In this document: positions 18,017 through 26,615 of the stretch, piece after piece
Numbering within the stretch: the first letter of the stretch is position 1
How the letters are laid out: each line of letters starts with the position of its first letter
DNA from: an archaeon
GTDB lineage: Archaea; Iainarchaeota; Iainarchaeia; Iainarchaeales; JAAZKV01
Assembly: GCA_041661245.1 (NCBI GenBank)
Contig: JBAZUY010000001.1
Location: 294,876-358,875 of the forward strand
Reading direction: 5' to 3'
Length of the DNA: 64,000 nucleotides
The notes under the pieces: model-generated
Told to the model about the DNA's origin: nothing
The model's database searches: none
What the model saw: the letters and a program-made list of their open reading frames with translations, nothing else
Position numbers and translations under genes: made by a program

Positions 18017-18038
18017 TTTTTTTCTGAAAAAAGAAAAA

Positions 18039-19016
18039 TTAGAACTCGCTAATCAATTTTTGTTTGTGTTGTTTTAGCGGCTTTGCATTATACCCTTGCT
18101 TGTTTAGTTTTCTTGCAAACTCTTCACAAAACCCATGATCAGTTAAAATTAGTTTGGGATTTGAAAGTTTTACATATTCCAAAAGATCATTAAAATCAGC
18201 ATGATTACTTAGAGGAAAAGTTCTGTCAAATGCCCCTCTATGTTCCCACCCTGTTGCAAGAGCAGAAAATATTTTTCGTTTATCAAAATGTTCAACAGTT
18301 GCAAACAAATGCCTATCAACTAATTGAGGAGGCATGATTAAAACACTCGAGTCTTTTAAATTGTGTTCAAGCTTTAAGTACTCTCCAAGTTTTACTCCAT
18401 GCTTTTTGTAAATATTATTTAATTCAAAAATAGAGTCATGAACAATTGGAACAACTCCGGCTTCATTTGCAATCCGAGTAAGTTCTTGGGCTTTACCAAG
18501 CGAATACCCACTTAACAAAACTAATCCTTGTTTTGATTTTTCACTAACCCAAGAAATTAATTCATTTGTTACTTCCTCTTGTTTTGGAAAAACATACTGC
18601 GGCGAACCAAAAGTAGTTTCAAGAACAAGCGTTTCGCAGGGAAGTACCTCTGACCCTTTAAACAACAAAGAATCTTGTAATCTAAAATCGCTAGTGAATA
18701 CATTTTCTTTTCCATCCTCAGTTAATAACGCCTGAGCCGAACCCAAAATATGCCCATTAGGTTTTAACTCCATTGTAAATCCATCAAACTTTTTTTTAGT
18801 ATTTAATTCAAGAGGCAAAAAATCTGCTTCCCCATATCGTTGTTTTACTAGATCAATAGTCTGGGGCGTTGCAATGAAAGTAGATTTTTTTGAAAGCTTA
18901 ACATGATCCGAATGCGCATGAGATAAAAAAACATTCTTGCCTTTTGGCATGCGATGAGGATCAATACACAAATCCTTGAAAAAAAGAGAAGAATCCTGAC
19001 GAAACACTTTAATCAA
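18039..19016 (-). CDS. MBL-fold beta-CASP exonuclease (ligase-associated DNA-damage-response exonuclease-like / SNM1-type)
   Basis: FLSHAHSDHV (HxHxDH), NGHILGSAQ, ETTFGSP, GYSLGKAQEL and GWEHRG...LSNHADFNDLLEYV...LTDHG. The annotated start is a TTG created at the edge of an inserted element. Confidence 0.65.
   Translation of the reverse strand: MIKVFRQDSSLFFKDLCIDPHRMPKGKNVFLSHAHSDHVKLSKKSTFIATPQTIDLVKQRYGEADFLPLELNTKKKFDGFTMELKPNGHILGSAQALLTEDGKENVFTSDFRLQDSLLFKGSEVLPCETLVLETTFGSPQYVFPKQEEVTNELISWVSEKSKQGLVLLSGYSLGKAQELTRIANEAGVVPIVHDSIFELNNIYKKHGVKLGEYLKLEHNLKDSSVLIMPPQLVDRHLFATVEHFDKRKIFSALATGWEHRGAFDRTFPLSNHADFNDLLEYVKLSNPKLILTDHGFCEEFARKLNKQGYNAKPLKQHKQKLISEF
18971..19007. repeat. 37-nt direct repeat copy 1 (codons ~5-16 of the MBL nuclease gene)
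   Basis: AAATCCTTGAAAAAAAGAGAAGAATCCTGACGAAACA is identical to 19094..19130. Coordinates are +/-1 nt. Confidence 0.8.
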
Positions 19017-19093
19017 ACTCCCCTATGCCACTAGCCCTGTCGCAGACAGGACGAATGTTATTCGTTATGCCGATGGCGAAACATGGCATACAA
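19008..19093. other. ~86-nt palindrome-rich spacer (candidate miniature inserted element or structured leader)
   Basis: TATGCCA ... TGGCATA (7-nt inverted repeat) encloses CCTGTC-gca-GACAGG, ACGAAT-gtt-ATTCGT and GCC-gat-GGC. G+C is locally higher than in the surroundings. Confidence 0.5.
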
Positions 19094-19130
19094 AAATCCT
19101 TGAAAAAAAGAGAAGAATCCTGACGAAACA
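19094..19130. repeat. 37-nt direct repeat copy 2 (orphaned original 5' end with ATG)
   Basis: Identical to copy 1. On the minus strand it is preceded by an ATG (MFRQDSSLFFKDFC...), and this frame stops inside the spacer. Confidence 0.8.
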
Positions 19131-19185
19131 TAAATAAGTACTGCCAGAGGACTATAAAAAATCTTCCGAGCCACAAATAATCAAC

Positions 19186-19836
19186 ATGAACAAAGAGTAC
19201 GTAATAAAATTAACTGAAGGGTATGCAAGAAAAACTCTTGAAGGGGAATTAAGCGGACACGATTACTGGCACGTTTATAGAGTTTGGAAAACTGCAAAAT
19301 TTATTGCTAAAAAAGAAAAAGCGGATTCATTCATTGTAGAACTCGCAGCACTCTTGCATGATATTGCTGATTGGAAAGCATACGACGGAGACACCACTAT
19401 TGGACCCAGACTCGCAAGAGAATGGCTGGAAAGCATTGAAGTAGACGCCCAAACAATTTCACACGTTTGCGAAATAATTAATGATTTATCTTTCAAAGGA
19501 GCAGAAGTTAAAACCCCAATGAGAACACTTGAAGGCAAAATAGTTCAAGACGCAGACAGACTTGATGCAATTGGCGCAATAGGAATCGCAAGAACATTCG
19601 CATACGGAGCAAGTAAAGGGAGAGAAATGTATAACCCATCAATACCCCCAAAAAAACACAAAACGTTTGAAGAATACAAGCAAAGCAAAAGCGTGACAAT
19701 AAATCACTTCTATGAAAAACTCCTTTTACTAAAAGACTTAATGAACACAAAAACCGCTAAAAAGTTAGCAAAAGAAAGACACAAGTTCATGGAAGAATTT
19801 TTAGACCAGTTTTTCGACAAGTGGGAATGCAAATAA
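19186..19836 (+). CDS. HD-domain phosphohydrolase
   Basis: HDYWHVYRV, LLHDIADWK and QDADRLDAIGAIGIARTFAYG. Confidence 0.8.
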   Translation: MNKEYVIKLTEGYARKTLEGELSGHDYWHVYRVWKTAKFIAKKEKADSFIVELAALLHDIADWKAYDGDTTIGPRLAREWLESIEVDAQTISHVCEIINDLSFKGAEVKTPMRTLEGKIVQDADRLDAIGAIGIARTFAYGASKGREMYNPSIPPKKHKTFEEYKQSKSVTINHFYEKLLLLKDLMNTKTAKKLAKERHKFMEEFLDQFFDKWECK

Positions 19837-19901
19837 ACTCAATTCAAACCTAAAAGTGCCCGCGCAAAAGCTTTAAATTAAAGAAAAGTCATATTCAAGA
19901 C

Positions 19902-20930
19902 ATGGCTACTCTTGAAGAACACGTTAGTCTGTGCGTTAAAGAAGTTAATACTCTTCACGAAGCAGCTAGCAGAACTAATTGGGCTGAACTTAACAGAGAA
20001 GGATTTGTTTTTGAACTCGAGCAAAACACAATGCGATTACGCGAGTTATACTTAAAGTTTGATGAAATAAACCGCGAACTAAAAATGTTAATGGAGAAAA
20101 ATACTCCAGAACTAGACACAATAATCACTGAAATGGCAAGAGAAATCACAGTTCTTGAAGCAAATATCAGCATGGAAAAGAAAAAAAAACTAAAAAACGA
20201 ACTAGTTAATGAAAAAGAACCCACTGAAATGCCAGAACTTTATTCCTCACTTCAACAAAAAATACTCACACTCGCACTAAAAGCAAGATACAATATTGAC
20301 AAAGCAAGCAATTTTATTGCATCAAGAAAACTTCCTTTTGTAAGAAGAGGAAACACTGCAAGAAATTTACTTGACGCATTGCAAAAAAAAGATGAAGAAC
20401 TAAACGAAGTAAAACAAAAAAACATTGAATTAAAAAGGAAAACTTATTTTGGACTAGCTCAAGAAAAAAGCATTGCAGAAATAGAACTGGAACTAAATGA
20501 AATGGATAAAAGACTTGAAGAATCAGTTAATGAAGCAAAAAAATCAATGAAAACCCACATTGCCCAAATAAATTACGTAGAAGGAAGCTTTGCACACTTA
20601 AAAACAAAAATTGACGAAATAGAAAGCATGCACTCCGCATTCACTCATAAAACAATTGAACTAATACGTGATCTAAAAAAAGAAAGAGATTATGCAAAAA
20701 CTCTCGCACTTGAAATAGAAAACGAGACAATGCACTCACGACAAGAGTATACTAAAGGAGTGCTAAGCATGGAAGAGAAAAAACAAGCGCTTGAAGAAAA
20801 AATGCGGGAGAGATTCGAAAAGGAACTTAACTCAATGAAAAAACAACTAGATGAAAAGGAAATGGCTCTTTTGAACACTCACAAATTAATTGGAGAACTA
20901 GAAAACCAATTAAAAAAGAAAACTCAATAA
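19902..20930 (+). CDS. Long coiled-coil protein, unknown function
   Basis: 342 aa, K/E/L-rich with heptad-like composition throughout. Confidence 0.45.
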   Translation: MATLEEHVSLCVKEVNTLHEAASRTNWAELNREGFVFELEQNTMRLRELYLKFDEINRELKMLMEKNTPELDTIITEMAREITVLEANISMEKKKKLKNELVNEKEPTEMPELYSSLQQKILTLALKARYNIDKASNFIASRKLPFVRRGNTARNLLDALQKKDEELNEVKQKNIELKRKTYFGLAQEKSIAEIELELNEMDKRLEESVNEAKKSMKTHIAQINYVEGSFAHLKTKIDEIESMHSAFTHKTIELIRDLKKERDYAKTLALEIENETMHSRQEYTKGVLSMEEKKQALEEKMRERFEKELNSMKKQLDEKEMALLNTHKLIGELENQLKKKTQ

Positions 20931-20944
20931 GTTAACTAATATAA

Positions 20945-21400
20945 TTAAAGCGAAAAGTCTTTGTCTTTTGGCAGGAAGCTTTCTTCGTTAAAAAGAATTT
21001 TTACAATTAAGTCACTAAAGTCGAGAATAAGTTTGTCTTTTTTATCCAAATACTCTTCTTCATCCATTCCGCTAAATTCATCAGAATCAACTACTTTAAG
21101 TATTCTGGTTTTTGAACCAATTTCTACATCAATTAATTTTTTCTTAATAAAATCCGCCATTTCTTCATCATCAAGCAAAGCAAAAACAAAAATAAAATCA
21201 CTCTCTTCACTTGCTTCAAGCGCAACTATTGGGATATCCTCTGCAAAAGGAACAAACCTTTCTTCAAGCTCAAGTCCCGAAATTTTCTTTGATAAAACCT
21301 TTGCAAGACCGGGAAAAATGTTAACCGAATTATCCTTGTACCCCAAAAAAGTGATTTTCATACAACAAATAGGCCTTTTGAAGAATTTAATTCTTTCCAA
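20945..21400 (-). CDS. Acidic hypothetical protein
   Basis: The D/E-rich ORF is more protein-like than the Ser-rich antisense ORF 20961..21449. The start is possibly the internal MKITFLG. Confidence 0.4.
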   Translation of the reverse strand: MERIKFFKRPICCMKITFLGYKDNSVNIFPGLAKVLSKKISGLELEERFVPFAEDIPIVALEASEESDFIFVFALLDDEEMADFIKKKLIDVEIGSKTRILKVVDSDEFSGMDEEEYLDKKDKLILDFSDLIVKILFNEESFLPKDKDFSL

Positions 21401-21464
21401 AACCCAAAAAGAAACGCTTATAAAAAAGAAGTTCTTAATTATAGCATAGAAAATAGGTGTTTTT

Positions 21465-23057
21465 TTGTACGATCCATACTCTGAGCCAAATTATAACCCT
21501 GGCGGAGGCTCAATGCCCCAACAACCACAAGGGTTTCAAATGCCACAAATTAATATGCCAAACTTTGATAATAACGGATTAGCTGGCCCTTCAATGGACA
21601 TAAAGAAATTTATTCCACTAATTATAGTATTGATAATAGTAGCGATAATTGGTTTTGCAGTACTCACTTGGCTTGGAATGCAACACACAGTAACAATTAA
21701 TTTAACTGATACTGACGGAACAGAACTTGAAGGAACCTTGATTTTAAAAGACAGCCAAGGAACAACAATCAAATCCATGACTCCAAAAAATAGTTCAAGT
21801 TCATTCACAGGAACCCTAATGGAGGGAGACTACGCAGCAACAGTAAGTGCAATAGGGTATAACAAAACAAACAAATCGATAAAAGTTACAAGCGAAAAAA
21901 ATACATTCACAATAGAAGTCCCAAGAAATTTAACTGCAACCCTAAGCATGTCACTTGAAGCCACTGAAATATATGACGGGCAAACAATAACAGGGACTCT
22001 AACAGTACACAACACAGGAGATTCATTTAATTTAACTGACATTATTAGTGCTTCTTCATCAAATATTGATGCAAAAATAATTAACACTTCCCCAGAAACA
22101 ATAATTCCAGGAGATGTAGTGCTTGATTTTAATGCAAAAGTAAAATCCGCAACTGCCCTTTCACAATTAACTCCAGCAAGCATTCAATTCAAAGTAAGAG
22201 GAACAACAATACTGAGCGAGAAAAAAGATTTATCCGCACTACCAGTAGTTTCTGACACTGAAATAGAAATTACTCCTTCAGGTAAAATCACTACTTCAGG
22301 ACTTACTGCAGGAACAAGAACCCCATTAAAGATTACAATTACTAATAAAAATAAGAAATTTCCAGTTAAAAATGTTTTAGTAACAATAAATACAGATAAT
22401 TCGGATTATACTCAAAACCTATCCTGGCTGGAGTTTAATCAATCAATAACAAACAAACCAAACTCAATACTAATTGATAATATTGATCCAAATAATGGAA
22501 AAAAAGAAATAACACTATATATTACTCCTCCAATTAATTCAGCAGTTAATGATGCATTCATTGGATATCTAAGTCTTACTTCCTATTCAATTAAAAGAGA
22601 AAAGAAACCAGATGTAGAGTTTAAAGTTACAATTGCAAAAAAGGCAGATTTACAATTATTAGGAATTGATTCTCCATTCAATGTAACTTGCAGCAGAGCA
22701 ACAAGTTCTTGTGAAGTAAAACCCCTTACACCAAACGCTATAAGGTTCAAAAATAATGGAAATGTGGACATCACAAATGTTTCTTTTGAAGTTGCACTTC
22801 TAAATCCTGCATCCACTTCAAATTGCCAACAATACTTAACAAGATTTGTCACAACAAACACAGACCCATTAAAAATACCTCTAATTAAAGCTGGAACTGA
22901 GGAGCCAATAACAACAGAACTCACAGCTTCATTTGAAGACACAGCAACATACGCAGATTGTGTAATCACTTGGAAGTATATTGATCCAGTTGCAAATCCG
23001 ACAGCAACAGTAAATGACTCCAAAAAAATGACTATTAAAAAAACAACAACTAACTAA
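21465..23057 (+). CDS. Membrane-anchored surface protein with a large T/N/S-rich beta-type ectodomain
   Basis: P/Q-rich N-tail (PGGGSMPQQPQGFQMPQ), one TM (IPLIIVLIIVAIIGFAVLTWLG), then about 460 aa of repetitive beta-strand-like sequence. TTG start preceded by GGTG. Confidence 0.5.
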   Translation: MYDPYSEPNYNPGGGSMPQQPQGFQMPQINMPNFDNNGLAGPSMDIKKFIPLIIVLIIVAIIGFAVLTWLGMQHTVTINLTDTDGTELEGTLILKDSQGTTIKSMTPKNSSSSFTGTLMEGDYAATVSAIGYNKTNKSIKVTSEKNTFTIEVPRNLTATLSMSLEATEIYDGQTITGTLTVHNTGDSFNLTDIISASSSNIDAKIINTSPETIIPGDVVLDFNAKVKSATALSQLTPASIQFKVRGTTILSEKKDLSALPVVSDTEIEITPSGKITTSGLTAGTRTPLKITITNKNKKFPVKNVLVTINTDNSDYTQNLSWLEFNQSITNKPNSILIDNIDPNNGKKEITLYITPPINSAVNDAFIGYLSLTSYSIKREKKPDVEFKVTIAKKADLQLLGIDSPFNVTCSRATSSCEVKPLTPNAIRFKNNGNVDITNVSFEVALLNPASTSNCQQYLTRFVTTNTDPLKIPLIKAGTEEPITTELTASFEDTATYADCVITWKYIDPVANPTATVNDSKKMTIKKTTTN

Positions 23058-23095
23058 ATATCCCCCAAATTAGCCAAAAAGATAAAGCTTTTATT

Positions 23096-23731
23096 TTGGC
23101 AAAACAATACTCTGCTATGCCCCAAGCACGCAACCCAAAGACTCTTCAATTTGTAGACTTATCCGAATTAAAGCTTGAAACAAAACTTAAGGAAAAAGAA
23201 GTAACAAACAATCAAAAAGAAATAAGAAAATCCATTAATGCAATAGGAAAACCAGTTGAACTTCCAAAAAAAAGTGAAAAAAGATTCGAAGACTTATTTG
23301 GAAAGAAAAAAGAAAAAACAGCAATAAAAATTGTGATAACCGCTTTTGTGATTTTGTTTCTTTTTTTATTATTCTTACAGCCAAGCTTGTATTTTTATAA
23401 CACAAACGACAACACCATTTTAGCAAATCTTTCAGACAGAGAACTGACAAATGTAAAAGTATATTCAGCTAACACGTTGTTTGATTTATTCTCCTTAACA
23501 AGTAAACCCCCTATTTTACAAAAAGCAAACATGCTCCGAAAAGAAGAAATAAAAATGGATTTTCGAACAACAACAGTACTAATTGCCTTTGCAGATAGAC
23601 AACTCCCCGCAATAGGAACAATAATAACCCAAGAAGACTTTAATCAAAACACAACTATTAATAACACAAACACAGATAGTAATGCAGGAATATACAGAGG
23701 ATTACAAGGACAAATCCCAACGAGTGATTAA
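23096..23731 (+). CDS. Single-pass membrane protein, unknown function
   Basis: Central TM (IKIVITAFVILFLFLLFLQPSL). The start is TTG, or alternatively the ATG at about 23117. Confidence 0.4.
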   Translation: MAKQYSAMPQARNPKTLQFVDLSELKLETKLKEKEVTNNQKEIRKSINAIGKPVELPKKSEKRFEDLFGKKKEKTAIKIVITAFVILFLFLLFLQPSLYFYNTNDNTILANLSDRELTNVKVYSANTLFDLFSLTSKPPILQKANMLRKEEIKMDFRTTTVLIAFADRQLPAIGTIITQEDFNQNTTINNTNTDSNAGIYRGLQGQIPTSD

Positions 23732-23732
23732 A

Positions 23733-24386
23733 ATGGCAGATGAAAAGAGTATTATTAGAATAATTCAAAAAATGGTTCAGGATAACGAACCTGAAGAAAA
23801 GATAGTCAAAACCCTACAAGCAATGGGAGTAAGCGAAGACCAATCAAAAAGACTACTTTTAATCGCACAAGCAGATACCTTTACCCTACTCAGTTCCGAA
23901 ATTGACAAAATTGTTTCAGAAAAAGTAAATGAAAAACAAAAACAACTTGAAACCGAAATTAAAGATATTATTGAAAAAGAACTTACTGAAAAGAAAAAAG
24001 AAATAAACTCAGACATTGAAAAGGAATACCTAAAAAATAAAGCAGCACTATCAGAAAACCAAAAACAATTCCAATCCTCAGTAAACGATGCTATTTCAAA
24101 AATTGCAAAACTCAATGAGGAAGTTTACGCAATGTCAAGCGAGAATAAGAAAATGATTGAAACAGTAGAAAAAGATTTAACTGAAACAAAACTCAAAGGA
24201 GTAAAAGTAAGACGCTCAATTATAAGAAACGCACTGCTTGCTTTAGGAATATTACTATTTGGAACCGCAGCAGGAACAATAGGAGTAATGTTATTTTTGA
24301 TGCCGTTTAACATAGATTATGTTACAAGCGCAATTGTTCTTACCCTAATTGGAAGCATGCTAATCTACCTTTGTGCAAACATCTAA
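23733..24386 (+). CDS. Coiled-coil protein with C-terminal double TM anchor
   Basis: The track ORF begins at 23682, but the ATG at 23733 (MADEKSI) follows the previous stop by 1 nt. K/E coiled coil followed by two hydrophobic segments. Confidence 0.45.
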   Translation: MADEKSIIRIIQKMVQDNEPEEKIVKTLQAMGVSEDQSKRLLLIAQADTFTLLSSEIDKIVSEKVNEKQKQLETEIKDIIEKELTEKKKEINSDIEKEYLKNKAALSENQKQFQSSVNDAISKIAKLNEEVYAMSSENKKMIETVEKDLTETKLKGVKVRRSIIRNALLALGILLFGTAAGTIGVMLFLMPFNIDYVTSAIVLTLIGSMLIYLCANI

Positions 24387-24500
24387 CAAAAGAATGCGAG
24401 CCCCCCACAAATTTTGACAAAAGGAGTCATTTGTTTGCCCATAAAAACACCTTTTTATTCCTTTTTGCTTCCAAATTAACTATTCAAAACAAGGGATAAT

Positions 24501-25994
24501 ATGGCTGACATTAAAGAAAAGAAGGACTTTCAATTAGAACTAGCTAAGTACTTAGCCGAGAAAGACTTTGTATATGGACCAGAACCAGAACTATATTCCC
24601 CCGTAGCAGGATTTTACTCTTACGGACTCGTAGGAAAAGCAATGAAGAATAATTTAGAACAAACAATTCGAAATGTATTTACACGAAACAATTTCTTTGA
24701 AGTTGAATTTCCATTAATTACCCCAGAAATAATTTGGGAAGCAAGCGGACACTTAAAGGGATTTAATGACCCAATAATAATTTGCTCAAAATGCAAAGCA
24801 TCATTTAGAGCAGACAAATTAATTGAAGAAACTACAGGAATCGCTGCAGACCACTTTGATAACGGCAAATTAATTGACACAATTAAAGAAAAAGAAATTA
24901 ATTGCCCAACTTGCAAAGGAAGATTCAATCTTGACATTCAAAGACAAAGTTTAATGATGAAAACAATTATTGGAAAAGATACAGTTGCATACAATAGACC
25001 AGAAACAGCAACAACAACTTATTTACCATTCAAACATTATGTTAATTTCTTTAGAGGAAAATTACCATTCACTGTATTTCAAATCGGAAAAGCTTTTCGA
25101 AACGAAATCTCTCCAAGACAACACTTAATCAGACAAAGAGAGTTTACTCAAGCTGAATCACAAATGTTTTTGAGTAAAGAAATGAAAATTGATTTTGAAT
25201 GGTTTGAAAATATTAAAGAAACCGAGTTGCCACTTTGGACTGAAGAAATGCAAAAGAGCGAGAAGACTTGGAAGTTTATTTCACTTGCAAGTGCAATGGA
25301 ACAAAAATATTTGAAAAACAAGGCATACGCTTGGAACCTATGGTTATCTTACGAAATAATGACTCAAATGGGAATACCAAAAGAAAAAATAAGATTCCGA
25401 CAACACCACACTGATGAAAGAGCATTTTACTCTGATGATACTTGGGACTTAGAAGTGGAAACAAATTCGTTTGGCTGGGTAGAAATGGTTGGAATAAGCG
25501 ACAGAACAAATTACGATTTAACACAACACTCAAAATATTCTAAAACTGAACTAACTGTTCGAACTGAAGATGGAAAAGTATTCATTCCAGACGTAATAGA
25601 AGTTGCATTCGGTGTGGACAGACCATACTACGCACTACTCGATTTAGCATTTTTACGAAGAGAAACAGATGCACAAAGAACAGTGCTTTCTCTTCCAGCA
25701 AAAATTGCACCAATACAAGTAGGAATATTTCCACTAATTAAAAAAGATGGATTACCAGAAAAAGCAAAAGAAATAGTTACAACACTAAAAGGATTTAGAA
25801 CATACTACGATGAAGCAGGAAGTATTGGAAAAAGATACTCACGACTTGACGCAATCGGAGTACCATTTTGTATTACAATTGACCACGAAACACTAAAAGA
25901 CAATTGTGTAACTGTGAGAGAAAGAGATTCACTGAAACAAGAAAGAGTAAAAATAACTGAACTTGCTAGCACACTAGGAAAAGCGTTCAACTAA
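24501..25994 (+). CDS. glyS: Glycyl-tRNA synthetase (archaeal/eukaryotic alpha2 type)
   Basis: GPEPELYSPVAGFYSYGLVG, FRNEISPRQHLIRQREFTQAE and EVAFGVDRPYYALLD. Confidence 0.9.
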   Translation: MADIKEKKDFQLELAKYLAEKDFVYGPEPELYSPVAGFYSYGLVGKAMKNNLEQTIRNVFTRNNFFEVEFPLITPEIIWEASGHLKGFNDPIIICSKCKASFRADKLIEETTGIAADHFDNGKLIDTIKEKEINCPTCKGRFNLDIQRQSLMMKTIIGKDTVAYNRPETATTTYLPFKHYVNFFRGKLPFTVFQIGKAFRNEISPRQHLIRQREFTQAESQMFLSKEMKIDFEWFENIKETELPLWTEEMQKSEKTWKFISLASAMEQKYLKNKAYAWNLWLSYEIMTQMGIPKEKIRFRQHHTDERAFYSDDTWDLEVETNSFGWVEMVGISDRTNYDLTQHSKYSKTELTVRTEDGKVFIPDVIEVAFGVDRPYYALLDLAFLRRETDAQRTVLSLPAKIAPIQVGIFPLIKKDGLPEKAKEIVTTLKGFRTYYDEAGSIGKRYSRLDAIGVPFCITIDHETLKDNCVTVRERDSLKQERVKITELASTLGKAFN

Positions 25995-26531
25995 GCGCAA
26001 ACGATATTTTTGTTTTTTCAATAATTCTTTTCTTTGCGCAGCAAAATTTTCAGAATAGTTTTTACCAAGCAATTCTTCCACTTTATTTTTTCCATACATC
26101 ACTTGAAAAGGCTCTTGCATTCCCGCTTGGTCCAATTTAAATGTTGCAGCATCCACATACCGAAAATCAAGTGCAAATAATTTAACTGCCGCACGCTCAA
26201 AAATATCCAACTTGCGCTTTTCAGCAGAAGTTAATGCGGGTTTATTTAGCACGATTGTTAAATCCAAATCACTTGGCCTTGGCGCAAATCGCTTTATCTT
26301 AGTTGCTTTCCTTACCCCAAGTTGAGTACTCCCATAAACAACTACTGAAAGCAAGTTTCCGCCAAAAGTTCTTTTTAGCCAAGGCAATACAAAAGTCCTT
26401 ACCGCTAGTTCCCTAGCATGCGACTCATTAAGGCTCTCGCTCGCTTTTGCCCTTCTAAATGTCTGTCTTGAACGCAATTTTGCCACTCGTGTTTGAATAT
26501 CACTGAACTTTCGCAACTTAACCTTCTGCAT
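25974..26531 (-). CDS. Minimal nucleotidyltransferase (Pol-beta superfamily) domain protein
   Basis: VVVYGSTQLG ... PSDLDLTIVL matches GS-x(n)-DxD. Convergent with glyS, overlapping its 3' end by 21 nt. Confidence 0.55.
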   Translation of the reverse strand: MQKVKLRKFSDIQTRVAKLRSRQTFRRAKASESLNESHARELAVRTFVLPWLKRTFGGNLLSVVVYGSTQLGVRKATKIKRFAPRPSDLDLTIVLNKPALTSAEKRKLDIFERAAVKLFALDFRYVDAATFKLDQAGMQEPFQVMYGKNKVEELLGKNYSENFAAQRKELLKKQKYRLRLVERFS

Positions 26532-26615
26532 AAATATCTAATTCATTCAGACTTAATAAACCCAAAAGTTAGCCTTAAACAACCCTTTAAAATACTTGAG
26601 AATTATTGATTTTAT

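Noticed and set aside
19025-19090. tRNA-like cloverleaf or hammerhead ribozyme in the palindrome-rich spacer
   Set aside because: A 7-bp closing stem plus three hairpins mimics a cloverleaf, but all loops are 3 nt. There is no anticodon loop and no T- or D-loop consensus. The CUGAUGA...GAAA hammerhead core is absent; only CCGATGGCGAA is present.
20961-21449. 162-aa Ser-rich + ORF
   Set aside because: Poly-Ser/Leu composition is the typical antisense translation of a D/E/K-rich gene. The minus-strand ORF 20945..21400 is more protein-like.
25974-25994. 21-nt convergent overlap of glyS and the nucleotidyltransferase gene as a regulatory antisense feature
   Set aside because: Short 3'-3' overlaps are common in compact genomes and nothing else supports a special role.
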